A stretch of 64,000 nucleotides of DNA from Oopsacas minuta (lineage: Eukaryota > Animalia > Porifera), in assembly GCA_024704765.1 (NCBI GenBank), contig JAKMXF010000222.1, forward strand, positions 248,001 through 312,000, in the 5' to 3' direction. Below the pieces are notes generated by a model. The model ran no database searches. It worked only from the letters and a program-made list of their open reading frames with translations, and had not been told where the DNA came from. Shown here piece by piece: positions 11,401 to 25,554 of the stretch (within the stretch, counting starts at the first letter, position 1; each line of letters starts with the position of its first letter). A program made the translations under genes and the position numbers.

Positions 11401-14400
11401 TAATAGGTTGTTGTGAATGGTCTAGTGATGCCTTTGGTATCCGTGGTTTCAATGGTGTCAGAATAATATTATTTTTATCAACACCAGAAAACTGAGTATC
11501 TCCGTTAGAATCATCGTCACTTACCGTCCGAAACACATCTTCCATGGACGTATGCGAAATTCCATAACTCTCAATGCCCAACTCGGTAGAACTGTTTTCA
11601 AATACTTGAAAAAGTTGTGCAAACTTACTTGTATCATGAGAGGGAATAATATAAGAAATCTCAGATCCTATATCGTCTTTAAGATATGCATTAGGAAGGA
11701 AATTTCCTAATATCTGTTTGATACGTGGGCCATCAAAGGTAGGAGATTTGACAATAGTAAGATGGTATCCTAGTCCAAACTTGTTCTTTAGAAAGAGAGA
11801 TGAGCCACACGTCTTGAGGACACCTTCAGAAAGAATCGCTATTCTATCTCCGAGAATATCTGCTTCATCCATGTGATGAGTTGTGAGTAGGATAGTACGG
11901 TCTTGTTTGTACTTTAATAGGAGGTCCCATGTTGTTCTGCGTGCGTATGGATCAACACCTGGATAATCAAAAGTAGTTTATCAATTCGTATTTGAGAAAA
12001 TAAGAAATATCACTATTTATGATATAAAATCAACTTTCCAGATTTCCTGAATGATAATGAGCTTGTAGTATTTACATACTTCCCGAAAATATCCAAATAT
12101 GGCAAAAAATTAGATATCGTAAGACATGAATTCCAGGGAAAACCAGGGATCTCGGGAGTGTTTAGCAAGTATGTATTTTACTAACCTGATGTCGGTTCAT
12201 CCAGTATAATAACTTTTGTATCTCCAATCAACGCTAGACCTACAGACAATCTTCTTTTCATACCGCCAGATAACTGTGAAGATAGGGTGTTCACTTTATC
12301 TTCAAGTTTCGTATTGGATAACATCCCTTGAACTTGAATCTTGGCCTTCGTCCAACCCCAAATGCCTTTGAGACGAATAAAGAAATGTAGATGCTCCTTG
12401 ACAGTCATTCTATCAAACAATATATTTGACTGTGGACAAATGCCAAGATGGTTTCTTATGCTATCCATCTCATTGTGTATGTTCATACCATAGATATAAG
12501 CGTTACCTGGAAATAATCTCACTATTAACAGTCCAGAAATGTAAGCGTGAGCTAGAATCTCAGGGTTTCTCAACCTGTGGTCATATGGCCAAACTGAGGC
12601 ATACTTTGGGTCACAGAGACTTAATCATTTTTAAATAGTCAACTTGGGTGTGGCCCATGAAAGTTTGAGAAACCCTGTAGCAGCTAGATATAAATAGATT
12701 GTCTTACCATTAGTAGGAGGAATCAATCCAGTGAGTATGGATATTAGAGTACTCTTGCCAGCTCCATTATGCCCTAGTAATGCTGTGATTTGTCCACGAT
12801 ACATATTCAATCTGAGATTGTCCAGTGCTATCTTTTTGCGAGTATATTTCTTCGTAATACCTTCTATCTGTATTCCTACTTCGATATCATCAGGTTCAAC
12901 TTCGAATACGTCATTCGTCATAACAGAATTGCTCGAATTTACACGAGAACGAGAACAACATTTCACTGAAGAGCCACACCAATATGATGAAGTGAATGGG
13001 AAGTAAAATGGTTTTCGTAATCCAAATGTTTTTGGTAAAACTTCATCCAAATACCAAGTCAATAAGAATTGCACTACACAGACAAGTGTCATCATTCCAA
13101 ACACATGTAACATGTTAAAATGGTCTGTAGCTGTTGTGGGCTCGGCTATATTGTCCCATTGTACACCTACATTCTCAATCTCACGTGATATGAAAATCCT
13201 AATAGAAATAGACATACAAGTATTGCCTAACAGACAACTAAGGAATTTGCCATATAACGGAAGACTATCGTAGTTGACAAAGAGGAAGAGATAGGGGAAG
13301 AAAGATAAAAACCAGACTAGAAATGAAACTAATAATCCAAGTCGTGATGATGTGAAGAAAGTACTGACAAGAAATGACAGAGAAATCATATAACAGACGT
13401 ACAACATCAGCCATATAAAGATAATCAAGAAGTTAGAGAGTGAGAAAATCAAACCGAAGTGCAACTCTAAGGCTAAACAAACAACCACAAGCGACATGAA
13501 AATAATTTGTTTGGTAAACCAAGACAACCAGTTTACCCAATTCAACAGACCCATCATTTTCATCGACTCCCTTAACCGTGTTTCTTTCTCAATAACGATC
13601 TCTTTAGTAATTGTCCCTGCGGTGTAAATAAAGCTAAACACAATCAGTATAGGCAAGAGGAAGCCTAGAGCTATCAAGAAGAAATCTTCCTTGTATTTAG
13701 GGTAAGGGAATTGTCTGATATCAATTGGTACCTGTTCATAGTTCAAACTGCTCTGACTTTTATTAGTGATTTTGTAATCAATAATAGATTGTGATAACGC
13801 ATCTTGAATGACTAGGAATCCTTCACTAATGTAAGGGCTAGTAGAGACACGAGGTGCTGCTGTCCTGATGCTCGGCTCCACTTGTGAGGTTCTCCAGTTC
13901 ACGGAAGTTTCTTGGTTGAGACGAATGGTTACTTCAATTTCTGTGTCCAATTTATCGAAAATCAACCCAGCAATAATTGGAAGATGAACACTAATTAAAG
14001 AAAGAGATAATTTTCAATACTTTTTCTGAGTCATGGCGTGTTCAATATGTGATTGTCCTACATTTTGGTACAGTGTTACTACGAACGGAGCTTATGGTAA
14101 CGGGAAACTTCTGGAAACGCAGTGAAAGATCGATGTCACGCTAAAAAAACAACTTCCATCTAGTTTTTTCCTCATTCCATGAGTTGTATGAGATTTTACG
14201 GGGAACAATGCAGTAAATTGTAGGGATCTCAACCTCGAAACTCTCGAAATCGTGAGATTCGTCAAAAATCTCTCGATTCTATCGTGAAATGTGCAATTTA
14301 GTATTAGTTTTCTAGTAAAAGACCAAGGATTCTGCAGTAATTGTAGACCCGAAATCGTGAGAGTTGAAAGCCCTGAAGTTGAACAATGAAACTTAACTTA

Positions 14401-14880
14401 CCTTGCATAACTCAGGGCAGTTTGACACACATAAGGATTTGTAAGAGGATCAGATGAGTTGATTCCATTGATAATATCAACAGATAGTCTTTCTATTTCT
14501 AGCTCACTACTGGTAGGGGTAAAATTAAGAGTCACGTTTGGGATTGAGAGTATTTGTTTCGCTCTATTCACTATCGCATCTGTTGCAGGAGTTTTGGGAG
14601 TGTAAAAATAAGTAAAGTTACAATTCTGTGGAGTAAAAACGCTTGAGAAAGGAGGCTGAGAGGATGATGAGGCTAGAGGTTCGAATTGTAAACTTGTCGC
14701 GTCAAATGTCCTGAAACATTTGAATTCAGGGGTTGCTATTGTGTAACGGAGGATAACTAATACCGCTAGTCCGAAGATTGGGTTGATAAGCTCGAAAATC
14801 GTGCCAATAGGCCTTCTGAATTGGAGGAGAAAGTTTTTCCACAAAAGAAGGAAAAACTGGAGCAGTATCTTGAGGTTCAT
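8429..14880 (-). CDS. ABCA: Full-size ABC transporter, subfamily A (ABCA3-like); 4 exons
   Basis: N-terminal LLLWKNFLLQFRR; NBD1 GHNGAGKST/LSGGMKRRLS/LDEPTSG; NBD2 GVNGAGKTT/YSGGNKRKLS/LDEPTTG; two TM domains. Exons 14880-14402, 13990-12708, 12506-12186, 11958-8429. Confidence 0.95.
12561..12677. mobile_element. hAT-like MITE (TIR CAGGGTTTCTCAA) in an ABCA intron; related copy at 31874-32028
   Basis: Perfect 13-bp TIR; degenerate 8-bp flanks tagaatct/tagcagct; internal 'ctgtggtca' and 'tggcccatgaaa' shared with the 31874-32028 copy. Confidence 0.75.
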
Positions 14881-15121
14881 TGTAAATTCTGATTCATTCC
14901 AATAAATATTCACATCTGTCAGATAAATTGGTACACTAACAAGTGATAAATCAGAAATATAAAATATAATATTTAAGAGTTGAAATTTTGTCAAATGCCA
15001 CTTCAATCGTGCCAACTACCAAAATTTTAACAACTAGATTCACAAAATATTCTCCTCATAAATTCAAATATTGCAAATGAAGCTCGTTTTTCTTTGATAT
15101 CAATTATATGAATAGGAAACC

Positions 15122-15192
15122 GAGAAAAAGTAAAGTGATATGAAATAGCCCCTGAGAAAAAGTAATGTGATATGAAATAGTCCCTGAGAAAA
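15122..15192. promoter_or_regulatory. 32-bp tandem direct repeat in the divergent ABCA/ACSBG-1 spacer (candidate bidirectional promoter element)
   Basis: gagaaaaagtaaagtgatatgaaatagcccct followed by gagaaaaagtaatgtgatatgaaatagtccct; lies between start codons at 14880 (-) and 15269 (+). Regulatory role is inferred. Confidence 0.4.
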
Positions 15193-15268
15193 TAGCTGTC
15201 GGCACAGATTTTAAATTATTTTCAATATTTTTTAAATATCCTAGCTGCAAGTTAGATCATCGTTCAAG

Positions 15269-18126
15269 ATGGCTGAAACTATTAAAAACTGGGTAACTGA
15301 ACTTGATGGAGAATTGGCAGTCCAGGTTTGAGACTATTGAACATATAATAGTCTACATTTCTGATATTTTACATTATTTAGGTCGGGAAAGAAGGATTGA
15401 GTGCTCTCCCACCTCGCACCATTCCAGACATCTTCAGAGATGGCTGTGCTAAATTTGAGTCTAGCATAGTATATGATACTAAAAGAGATGGGAAATGGGT
15501 ACCTACAACTTTCAACAAAATGTATGAACAGTGTATGTGTGTAGCCAAGTCCCTTCTAGCTGTTGGTTTGAAGAGATTTGAGGGAGTTAGCATTATGGGG
15601 TTCAATTCACCTGAGTGGATAATGGCAGAATTGGGAACCATCATGGCAGGTGGACTAGCCACTGGTATCTATACAACCAACAATGTAGAAACAACAAAGT
15701 ATATTCTGGAGAATTCTGGTAGTCGTGTTGCGATTGGAGAACACAGCTTGATACTGGAGAAGTTGTTAGAGGCAGGGAAGGGAATTGAGGGTATGAAGTT
15801 TGTACAATACTCACCAGTTCCTGTAGAACAATCTCAGAGGGAGAGAGGAGTGATCAGCTGGGAGGAATTCTTACAATTGGGAAAGGTATAAATAGAAATA
15901 TAGAATCATTTTTGGGAAATATTTATCTGCTGTTATAGGATGTAAAGACAGAAGATGTAGAGGCTATAATATCAACTCAGAAACCAGGACAATGTAGCGT
16001 ACTTGTATACACATCAGGGACTACAGGAATGCCAAAGGTAACACAGTTAACACCCAAAAAGGAGAATTTATGTGTATTCAATTGTTTCTTCTAGGGAGTA
16101 ATGTTGAGTCATGACAACCTTTATTTCATTGCAACTTCTCTCTGCAAGTCTTATAACATCAAACAGGTACATTAATACTATTGACAAATTGTTATGTATT
16201 TATATCATATTTTGTATAGGGCCTTACTTCAATCTCTTATCTTCCACTCAGTCATATCGCAGCGATATTATTTGTAAGTTTTAATGGCTAAATATGGGAT
16301 TTTATGTTGCAAACAGATGAAGATATAATCAGTACAATGACAGTAAACTCTCGTTATAACAAAGTTCTCGGGACCCTGTTTTCATTTCGTTTGAAGCGGA
16401 GTGCAAACAATTACTTTCAAGCTAAAGAATCACTTCGTTATAACTGGAGTTTACAGTAGTATTTATTGTCATTCATTGTCATTGAATTTTAGGATATTAT
16501 TATTCCACTACTCGTTGGTTCTGAGACTTATTTTGCAGAGAGGGATGCTATGAATGGATCAATAACTGAAACCATCAAGTTAATTACAATAAATATGTAA
16601 CTGCGTAGAAATCCAATATTACAAGATATTTTTGGATGAACAATTTCTAAAATATCGGGTTTCTACTGCTTTTATATTTACTGTCATTAATGTACTGGAC
16701 TCTCTAAGACAATAATTTATTATTATATTCAATCTGTAGGAAGTACAACCAAATTTGTTCTTAGGAGTTACCGGAGCGTGGGAGATTATTTATTCATTGA
16801 TTTTACCAGCTGTCTATTCTGGAGAGTATGTTTTATTATATTAGTTGTTCACTTACTCAGATTATTATTGTTACTAATATTCAGAGTACATCTTGAAGAT
16901 GTGAGAAATACTCTGGGATTAAACAAAGCAGAATTAATGGTGAGTTACGTAGGGTTGCCGTTTGAATGAAATTTCGATTCCCAACACATCCCCACAGGAT
17001 TTCCCATAGGATTTTCCATAGGATTTTCTCATTGGAAAAAGTTATTCCCATTTCCATAGCAACCCTAGAGTTATGGAATTTATTACAGAAGTGTTAAATT
17101 TAAGTGATATATGCAATGATTTAATTATTTATTAATTTTCAGTTCATTGGAGCATCACATCCATCTCAAGCATTATTGGAGTTCTTTAAGGGTGCAAATA
17201 TGCAATTATTAGAGTTGTATGGATGCACAGAAACCGCAGGACCTTGTACAGTCTCATTACCTGGTTGCAATAGAAACGGAGCAGCGGGTAAGATAATGGA
17301 CGGAGCTGAATTGAAGATCTATCAACCCAATAGGTGATTATGTTATGATTTGCAGAACATGCTACTTTTCCAATTACATAATATAATTTAGTAATGGTGA
17401 AGGAGAGATATGCATTAGAGGTAGACATATATTTATGGGATATCTGAGGAACCCTGATAAAACAGCTGAAGTGATAGATAATGATAGTTGGTTTCACACA
17501 GGAGACCTCGGGTATACTGACTCAGAAGGTATTTTAGTAATTGATTAAAACTGCAATTAGTATATTTATACGTATTTTAGGGTTTATTTGGATAGTTAGC
17601 CGTATTAAAGAGATACTAATACACGCAACTGGAATGAATGTAATTCCAATGCCAATAGAAGAAGATATGAAGAAAGAACTGAAGCTGTGTGCCTTCTGTG
17701 TTGTAGTAGGTGAAGCTAAGCAGCATTTCAACATGTTAGTAACTCTAAAGAGTAAACTGAGTCCAGCTGGTATTCCTACAGATGATCTAGATGATGAAGC
17801 TGTAGGCATTTGTAAGAGTCTAGGAGTGGAAGTGAATAAAATAAGTGAGGCAAAGGAGAGTGTTGCAGTAAAGAAGTATATTCAGGATGGAATCAATAGA
17901 GCTAATGAGAGAGCTATGAATCATTTGTGTTTGATAAAGGTATTATTATCAAACTATTGAATGTATTTATGTAATGTCATTTATACGTGTTTTCTTATTC
18001 TAGAAGTTTACAATTCTTCCACTGAATTTCTCCATAAACACAAATGAACTTACTCCTACAGGTAAACTGAAGAGATTATATGTTATGAAGAAATATTATG
18101 ACGTAATAGAGAAAATGTACGCTTGA
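15269..18126 (+). CDS. ACSBG: Long/very-long-chain fatty acyl-CoA ligase, bubblegum family, copy 1; 12 exons
   Basis: GFNSPEW, GIYTTN, YTSGTTGMPKGVMLSHDN, SYLPLSH, YGCTE, GRHIFMGY, FHTGDLG, ELTPTGKLKR. Confidence 0.92.
16341..16456. mobile_element. Small CAGT-terminated MITE in an ACSBG-1 intron
   Basis: cagtaaactctcgttataac ... gttataactggagtttacag, imperfect TIRs. Confidence 0.6.
16950..17067. mobile_element. hAT-like MITE (TAGGGTTGC TIR) with 8-bp TSD, in an ACSBG-1 intron
   Basis: tagggttgcc ... agcaacccta; flanks gagttacg/gagttatg (7/8); internal 'ccataggattt' repeats. Confidence 0.8.
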
Positions 18127-18541
18127 ATAACTTGCTCATAACACTTGTACTGAAAATTTTTCATTAATTATCCACTAATCTTCCATTCTAATTAATATTC
18201 TACGTATATGTCTGCTAATTATAATTGCTTCCAAAGAGATTCTCCAAAGATTTTCGGGACACATTCAATTGATGTATATGTATCTATTAATTAGCTTACG
18301 TAAAAATATATTTCATAGAAGATAGAAGAAAGTTCTTTTGTATTATATTTAAGTGATAGTCTCAGGAATTCAATTTATACACAAGGCACGAGTTTGATTT
18401 TATCAAACGTTCAAGAGATTCTCCTATTGAGGAGGTTCTATTGTTACCGAAGCCCTTGTTCACATTATACCTTTTCTTCCTTTCTTTTGATATAAATATG
18501 ATTTTAATAATATGAGAGTAATTACTGTTTGACCTTTGTAA

Positions 18542-21500
18542 ATGGATCAATTAGAACCAAATGGAAAATATTATGTAGAATCTAGCAAGACTCCTGATAG
18601 AGGTAAAAAGAATGAAAGGGGAAAATCGTATTCTCATGATGGGAAAAATGTGCTTTACATGGCCAGAAAAAAGAAATTGGTAAGTCTACAAATCTTGATC
18701 TAAAAACACGATTTTCATAAATATTTTATTCGCATACTTACCAACACCTTTTTGTCGAACATTTACATAAATCTTTTTGACACTATCTTTAATGTTTAAC
18801 ATTTTATTAAATTCTACAACTTGTAGTCTAATCAAGGTAGTCAGGAGAGTATTTTAAGCTTACAAAGTTCAAGCTACAGAAACTTCAAGAAAGGATTTGG
18901 AAATACCACGAAAGATATGGAAAGTATAGTTTCCAGTTGGGTAACGCCACTACATACCGCTGCAGCTGAAGGAAGATGTGATCAGCTTAATCTCTTACTG
19001 GAGTATGAAGAAGTAGATATAAACATACAAACTAAGCTGTACAATGACTATGAAGGGATTATCGTGCTTAATAATACACCTCTGCATTTAGCAATAGAAA
19101 ACGGTAGGAATTTATATTTTACTTAAGCATTAGCTCGGGGAATGCTGCAAGCATATGAATTTCAAGTTTATACATTAACTTTCATACAAATAACAAATTG
19201 AACCAAAGTCCCCGTGCATTTCGTTATAACGTGAGTTTAGTGTACATTTACAATATAGGACATGCTGCCGCAACAACTTTATTGCTAAAGAATGGAGCTA
19301 ATAGTGAGATACAGAATGCAATGGGATGTACAGCATTACATGTAGCTGCTATAAACGGTGTATCTGCTGAGATTGTACAGGATTTGATTCAAGATAGTTT
19401 CCTGTTAGCTTTAAGGGATAAAAATGGTAAGATTGTTACGAAAAATGCAAAGGAATAAATAGCAACATTAAACTGGATAGCATTTTTCGGCCAAAGACGC
19501 CGAAAATGCTACCCAGTTTCCCCGTTGTGGGGGTTCATCTGTATGGGACTAGGAATTCGCTTTATATATTTTCACTCCGTTTTCCAGGAGTTCCCTGTTT
19601 CTACAGGCCCAGTTTATGGGCGTTTCGCTGTACTTTATTTACAAATTATTCCCGTAGGTCGTACTCCGCTATTCTGTGCAGCAGAAGAAGGCTGGCATAA
19701 TCTAATTCCTCTCCTCTTGGATCAAAACGGTTGCATAGAATTAACAGATAATACAGGAGAAACCCCGTTAATTGTTGCAACAAAAAATGGGTTCTCTCAA
19801 ACAATGAAAATACTCCTTGCATCAGGTGCTCATATGTTTACACGTGATAAGAGAGGATTAAATGCAATGGATTATGCTCTCCGTGTAAATGAAAGGTCTA
19901 TACAAGATGAGCAAGTATTCGATCAGGTTCTATCAACAATGTTGAATAATGAATCGAAAGAAACTGCATTAGCACATTTACATAATATTCTATACAAATA
20001 CAACAAAATTCGTTTGAAAGAATGTATAATATCTCTACTGAATAGAATCCCGGAATTGAGAGCAAGGAAAGGTGAGTTTAACATAAGAAAATCGGTGAAT
20101 TTTTTACACTTTTCTATGCAAAATTTAAAATCATGCTAGAGATTAGGAATTTTGACCATTTCAAATCTATTACTATATGATTTCTCATATGATTAATCTT
20201 ATTTTCATTATAGTTATAATATGTTCAAAGTATCTTGAATGCAGTTGTGACGGTCTAACTCCAGATAACAGTGAATTTAGCTCCCGATTTCTCACTCCCC
20301 TTCAAATGATAGCAGATACATACGATGAAAATTTTGCGTTCCATCCACTCGTACGGGTAATTGTAGACAAGAAAATGAGAAGTCTTGGGTATTATTATTT
20401 ACTATTTGAGATGGCATATTTGTTATTTTTCCTCTTTTCCATTTTCTTTATATTCACTACAGCCGCCTCTATGCCAGATCCTCTAACTTACACTACAAAT
20501 ATTGATTATGTACGAGCAGTATTTGAAGCGATTGTCGTCCTACTTTGGCTTTGCACCTTAATCATGGAAATAGCAGAACTCGTTACGGATTTTATTCGTA
20601 TTTATCATAAAGAGTTGGCAATTGTAAAGGAAAAACAGAAAGAAATGGAGTCTCTAATAGGGATGGTAGCACGTAGTCTTCTTAGCGTTTATTTCCTAGA
20701 CGTATTTAACTACTTTGATATTTTAGGAATTGTAGTATTATTTCTAGTGCTTCCATTTCGTTTAGCCGGTAGTCCAGTCCAGTGGATATTCGCCACTCTA
20801 ACGATTCTCATACATTTCATGCGATTTATAAAGGTTGTGAGACTTTTGCCCGGTTTCGGTACTTACGTACATACTATTGGATTAATAGCTCTGAATGATG
20901 TGCCGAAATTCTGTATTGTGAGTTTTACGATAATTATAGTAATTTCTCAGTCATTTTTCATTGCGTTACGTGTACCATATGCTCATGGAATGTTAACTAA
21001 TATTAGTGCCAGTGAGATTGGAGAACAAGGTCTTTATGATACGTTCTATTGGACTCTGCTATTTATGACTCGTGTATTGCTACAAGGTGAAAATATTTTG
21101 GATGATAATTATCTCTTCAATAACTTGAATTGGATGAATGCGATTATCTATTTGTTTGCAATGGGATTGATTATTGTAATTTTGCTGAATATATTCATTG
21201 CTCAGGTATGTTTGCATTTCAAAATATCTTGGATGTGTGTATATAATTTTTTGAGTTTTTTGCTTGTAAAGACGATTCCCATTTCGATTCCCATTAAGTT
21301 AAGTATACTCTACAGTCAACTACCGTTATACCAAACACCGATAGATAGAAATACTCCCTTCAATCGAAGTCTGAAATTGTATAAATATGGTCCCAAACTG
21401 TCAAAGTATTATATATTTCTTCGGATATATCGAAGTAGTCATCGTAGTCCCTCGAGCTTCATTATAAGGGGGGAGTGACTGTATTTATTTCTCCCAACAA

Positions 21501-21994
21501 TTCAGTTTTTATCTCTTTAGTGTATTTCTAGGTAAGTGATACATATGCAACAGCTAAAAGCAAGTCAGAACGTATTGTAGCTCTATACAGATTGAAGTTT
21601 ATTGTTCGAAGAAATCGGAATACACTTATGGTTATTCGTCGTAGAATTTATGAACCAGAACTTGTGATCAAAGGCAATAATTGGAAAGCTTATCAGAAAA
21701 GTTAGTAAATATGTAACAATTTTTTGCAAAAAAATGTTTGGTTTCTATTTTGTGTTTTATCTATTATATTCAGCTACAGGTGGAAATTTAGATGAATTGA
21801 CGAGTTTATTGGAGAGGCAAACAGCTAATTTAGAACAGTTTAAACTACAAATTCGACAGCTGAAGATTTCAATACAAGACCAAAGAGTTAGACATTCAGA
21901 ACGACCATATTTTTGTATGAGTAGTCCAGTGTCCTTCGAAGAATATGATAAAGCCCGAGAGATGGACCAAATACAATCTGAGACATCAGTCTAA
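18542..21994 (+). CDS. Ankyrin-repeat TRP cation channel (TRPA/TRPV-like); about 7 exons
   Basis: About 6 ankyrin repeats (TPLHTAAAEG, TPLHLAIENG, TALHVAAING, TPLFCAAEEG, TPLIVATKNG), six TM helices, S6 LLNIFIAQVSDTY, C-terminal coiled coil. In-frame 5' exons from ATG 18542. Confidence 0.9.
19470..19633. mobile_element. MITE-like repeat in a TRP intron; reverse-complement relative at 62306-62481
   Basis: 19521-19633 matches the reverse complement of 62306-62420 (gtaaccgccgaaaaccgggcctgt..caaagcgaattcc..gggtagcatttt); internal hairpin 19470-19519. Confidence 0.7.
21313..21481. mobile_element. MITE family 1 (CAGTCAACTC TIR, TA target), about 9 copies in the window
   Basis: TA-cagtcaact...gagtgactg-TA. 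Shared core tttgacggtttgggaccatatttgtac..gatataagcgggtatttctatatatcc also at ~2440-2545, 35171-35504 (two nested), 37406-37589, ~39395-39516, 40310-40473, 48992-49119, ~62843-62949. Confidence 0.9.
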
Positions 21995-22138
21995 CTTCTA
22001 ATTTCCTTCCATGAGGATTGAATTATTATATATTTATTGCTCTGCTCTTAGTATTGGATATCCTGGTCATGGCAAAATTGTAATTCTCAGCTAATAGTCT
22101 TATCTATATATGAATTATAATTCTAAATAAACTGCTTT

Positions 22139-22646
<508 letters not shown>

Positions 22647-22716
22647 GAAATTTTAATCTGAAGTGAACAAAAATACGTAGATATAATAGATTCTATTTGG
22701 AATGGGATGGCATAAA

Positions 22717-25315
22717 CTAAGCATACATCTTCTCTATTACGTCATAATATTTCTTCACAACATATAATCTCTTCAGTTTACCTGTAGGAGTAAGTTCATT
22801 TGTGTTTATGGAGAAATTCAGTGGAAGAATTGTAAACTTCTAGAATAAGAAAACACGTATAAATGACATTACATAAATACATTCAATAGTTTGATAATAA
22901 TACCTTTATCAAACACAAATGATTCATAGCTCTCTCATTAGCTCGATTGATTCCATCCTGAATATACTTATTCACAATAACACTCTCCTTTGCCTCACTT
23001 ATTTTATTCACTTCCACTCCTAGACTCTTACAAATGCCTACAGCTTCATCATCTAGATCATCTGTAGGAATACCAGCTGGACTCAGTTTACTCTTTAGAG
23101 TTACTAACATGTTGAAATGCTGCTTAGCTTCACCTACTACAACACAGAAGGCACACAGCTTCAGTTCCTTCTTCATTTCTTGCTCGATTGGTATTGGTGA
23201 TACGTTTAATCCAGTACTGATTACTATTAACTCCTTCATACGGCCATTTATCCAAAGGTATCCTTCAGAAACATAAAATATTTATTGAATTAATCTACAA
23301 GTATGTATGTGTCCTACCTTCTGAATCCAGACTTCCAATATCTCCACTATGAAACCAACCATCTGCATCCATTGATTCTGCAGTCTTTTCAGGATTCTTC
23401 AAATAACCCATGAAGTTACCTCTTGTCTTTATAAATACCTCACCTTCTCCAATACTGCAGGAAAACTCATTAAATCCAAAAGTTAAGGAAAAGATTAAGG
23501 AATTTTTGGAATTTTAAGGTTAATTCATTACGCTCTTAATAGATAGGCCATAGTCAGTTTGAATGCAACACTTTTGCAAATTTTGATATTTTTCGGAATA
23601 TATTATGGAGTTGCAAAGTAAGGACTATTTTTCATTACTCAATTACCTATTTGGCTGGTTAATAATAATCTCTGTACCCTCTGCTGGTTTCCCCACAGAT
23701 ATTACTTTATTTGCATTAGGTGTACACAGTGTAACTGGTCCTGAATTCTCTGTCGTACCGTAAATATTGTATAAAGTTAAACCTGCGCTATCAAATAATT
23801 TGAAAACTTCTGGAGAAGTGAAAGCTGCTCCTGTTAACTGTGCAAAATTATGAACTTGAACTAATATTATTGAAAAGATCTTACCAGAACGTCTGCATTG
23901 CTCAATCCAATCAATTTTGCGATATCTTCAATTTTGATCCTTTATGATATATAAATATTTATACAAGTTTTTAATGAAAGGAATTTATGTAATAAATGCT
24001 TTACTTTCCATTTCTGATATCTGGCTCAATCTTCTCAAGTATTAGCTCCCAAACACGAGGAACGCCAAAAAGTAAATTCGGTTCTACTTCCTACAATTAA
24101 AGAAAGAGTAATCCAAAGTATTTTACATAGATTAACATGAACAATAAACCTTAATCGTGTTTAATAGTGATCCACTCATTGCATCAGACTCAGCAAAGTA
24201 CACTTTATAACCAAAGGTAAATGGAAGAAAGACATCCTATAAAGATGCAGAAATTCAATTTTCAAGTGTCCTAAAATAACAAAATTACCGAATGGAATTA
24301 CATACAAATATTTGTCCTCCTAAGTGACTGAAAGGAAGATAGCTCACAATTATTTGACCCTATAAAAACGAATACAATTAAGTTTGGATACATCAATGAA
24401 ATACAGCAAATAAATACCTGCTTGAAACCATATACATCACCAATCAATGTTGGAAACCAGGTCATATTGTCATGACAAAGCATTACACCCTATAATAGAA
24501 AATAGTAAATTGCATGATAATCTATGGATGTAAGTAGTGAATACCTTTGGCATTCCTGTAGTCCCTGATGTGTATACTAGATTAGTACATTGTCCTGGTT
24601 TCTGAGTTGATATTATAGCCTCTACATCTTCTGTCTTTACATCCTATTACAGCAGATAAATATTTCCCAAAAATGATTCTATATTTCTATTTATACCTTT
24701 CCCAATTGTAAGAATTCCTCCCAGCTGATCACTCCTCTCTCCCTCTGAGATTGTTCTACAGGAACTGGTGAGTATTGTACAAACTTCATACCCTCAATTC
24801 CCTTCCCTGCCTCTAACAACTTCTCCAGTATCAAGCTGTGTTCTCCAATCGCAACATGACTACCAGAATTCTCCAGAATATACTTTGTTGTTTCTACATT
24901 GTTGGTTGTATAGATACCAGTGGCTAGTCCACCTGCCATGATGGTTCCTAATTCTGCCATTATCCATTCAGGTGAATTGAACCCCATAATGCTAACTCCC
25001 TCAAATCTCTTCAAACCAACAGCTAGAAGGGATTTGGCTACACGCATGCACTGTTCATACATTTCTGTAATAGTTATATATTCCCATTTTCCTGCACGCT
25101 TTACGTTCCATGCTTTGTTAGATCCAAATTTTGAAAAGCTGCCTTTAATCAAATCAGGAATGGTGCGAGGTGGGATGGCGCTAATTCCTTCTTTTCCAAC
25201 CTAATTAAGAACAGTGTGACTATTAGCTTGTATACAAATAGAGCTACCATCTAACTACCCTTATCGTTATTTCTGCATTTGGCTCTGTTACCCAATCTGG
25301 TACTACTTGTGCCAT
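22717..25315 (-). CDS. ACSBG: Bubblegum-family acyl-CoA ligase, copy 2; 12 exons
   Basis: Same exon structure as copy 1; YTSGTTGMPK, SYLPFSH, GVPRVWE, YGTTE, FHSGDIG, ELTPTGKLKR; no frameshift or stop seen. Confidence 0.92.
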
Positions 25316-25554
25316 TTGAAATCCTACTTCCGTATTGCTTTAAATTACAGAGAAATTGTAGTTATTGGGATATTAATTCAATATACATATAAGAATACAT
25401 GAATACGTATTCAGCTCCATACAAAGATTTAAACTATTTACAATCAATTACTACAGGGAATTATTTCTAAAAAGAAGGTTAATTACTAGCATAACAACAT
25501 ACAAGAATTCTTATAAGGTGTATCTACTGTAGATCTACAAGCTTGATAGAATAA

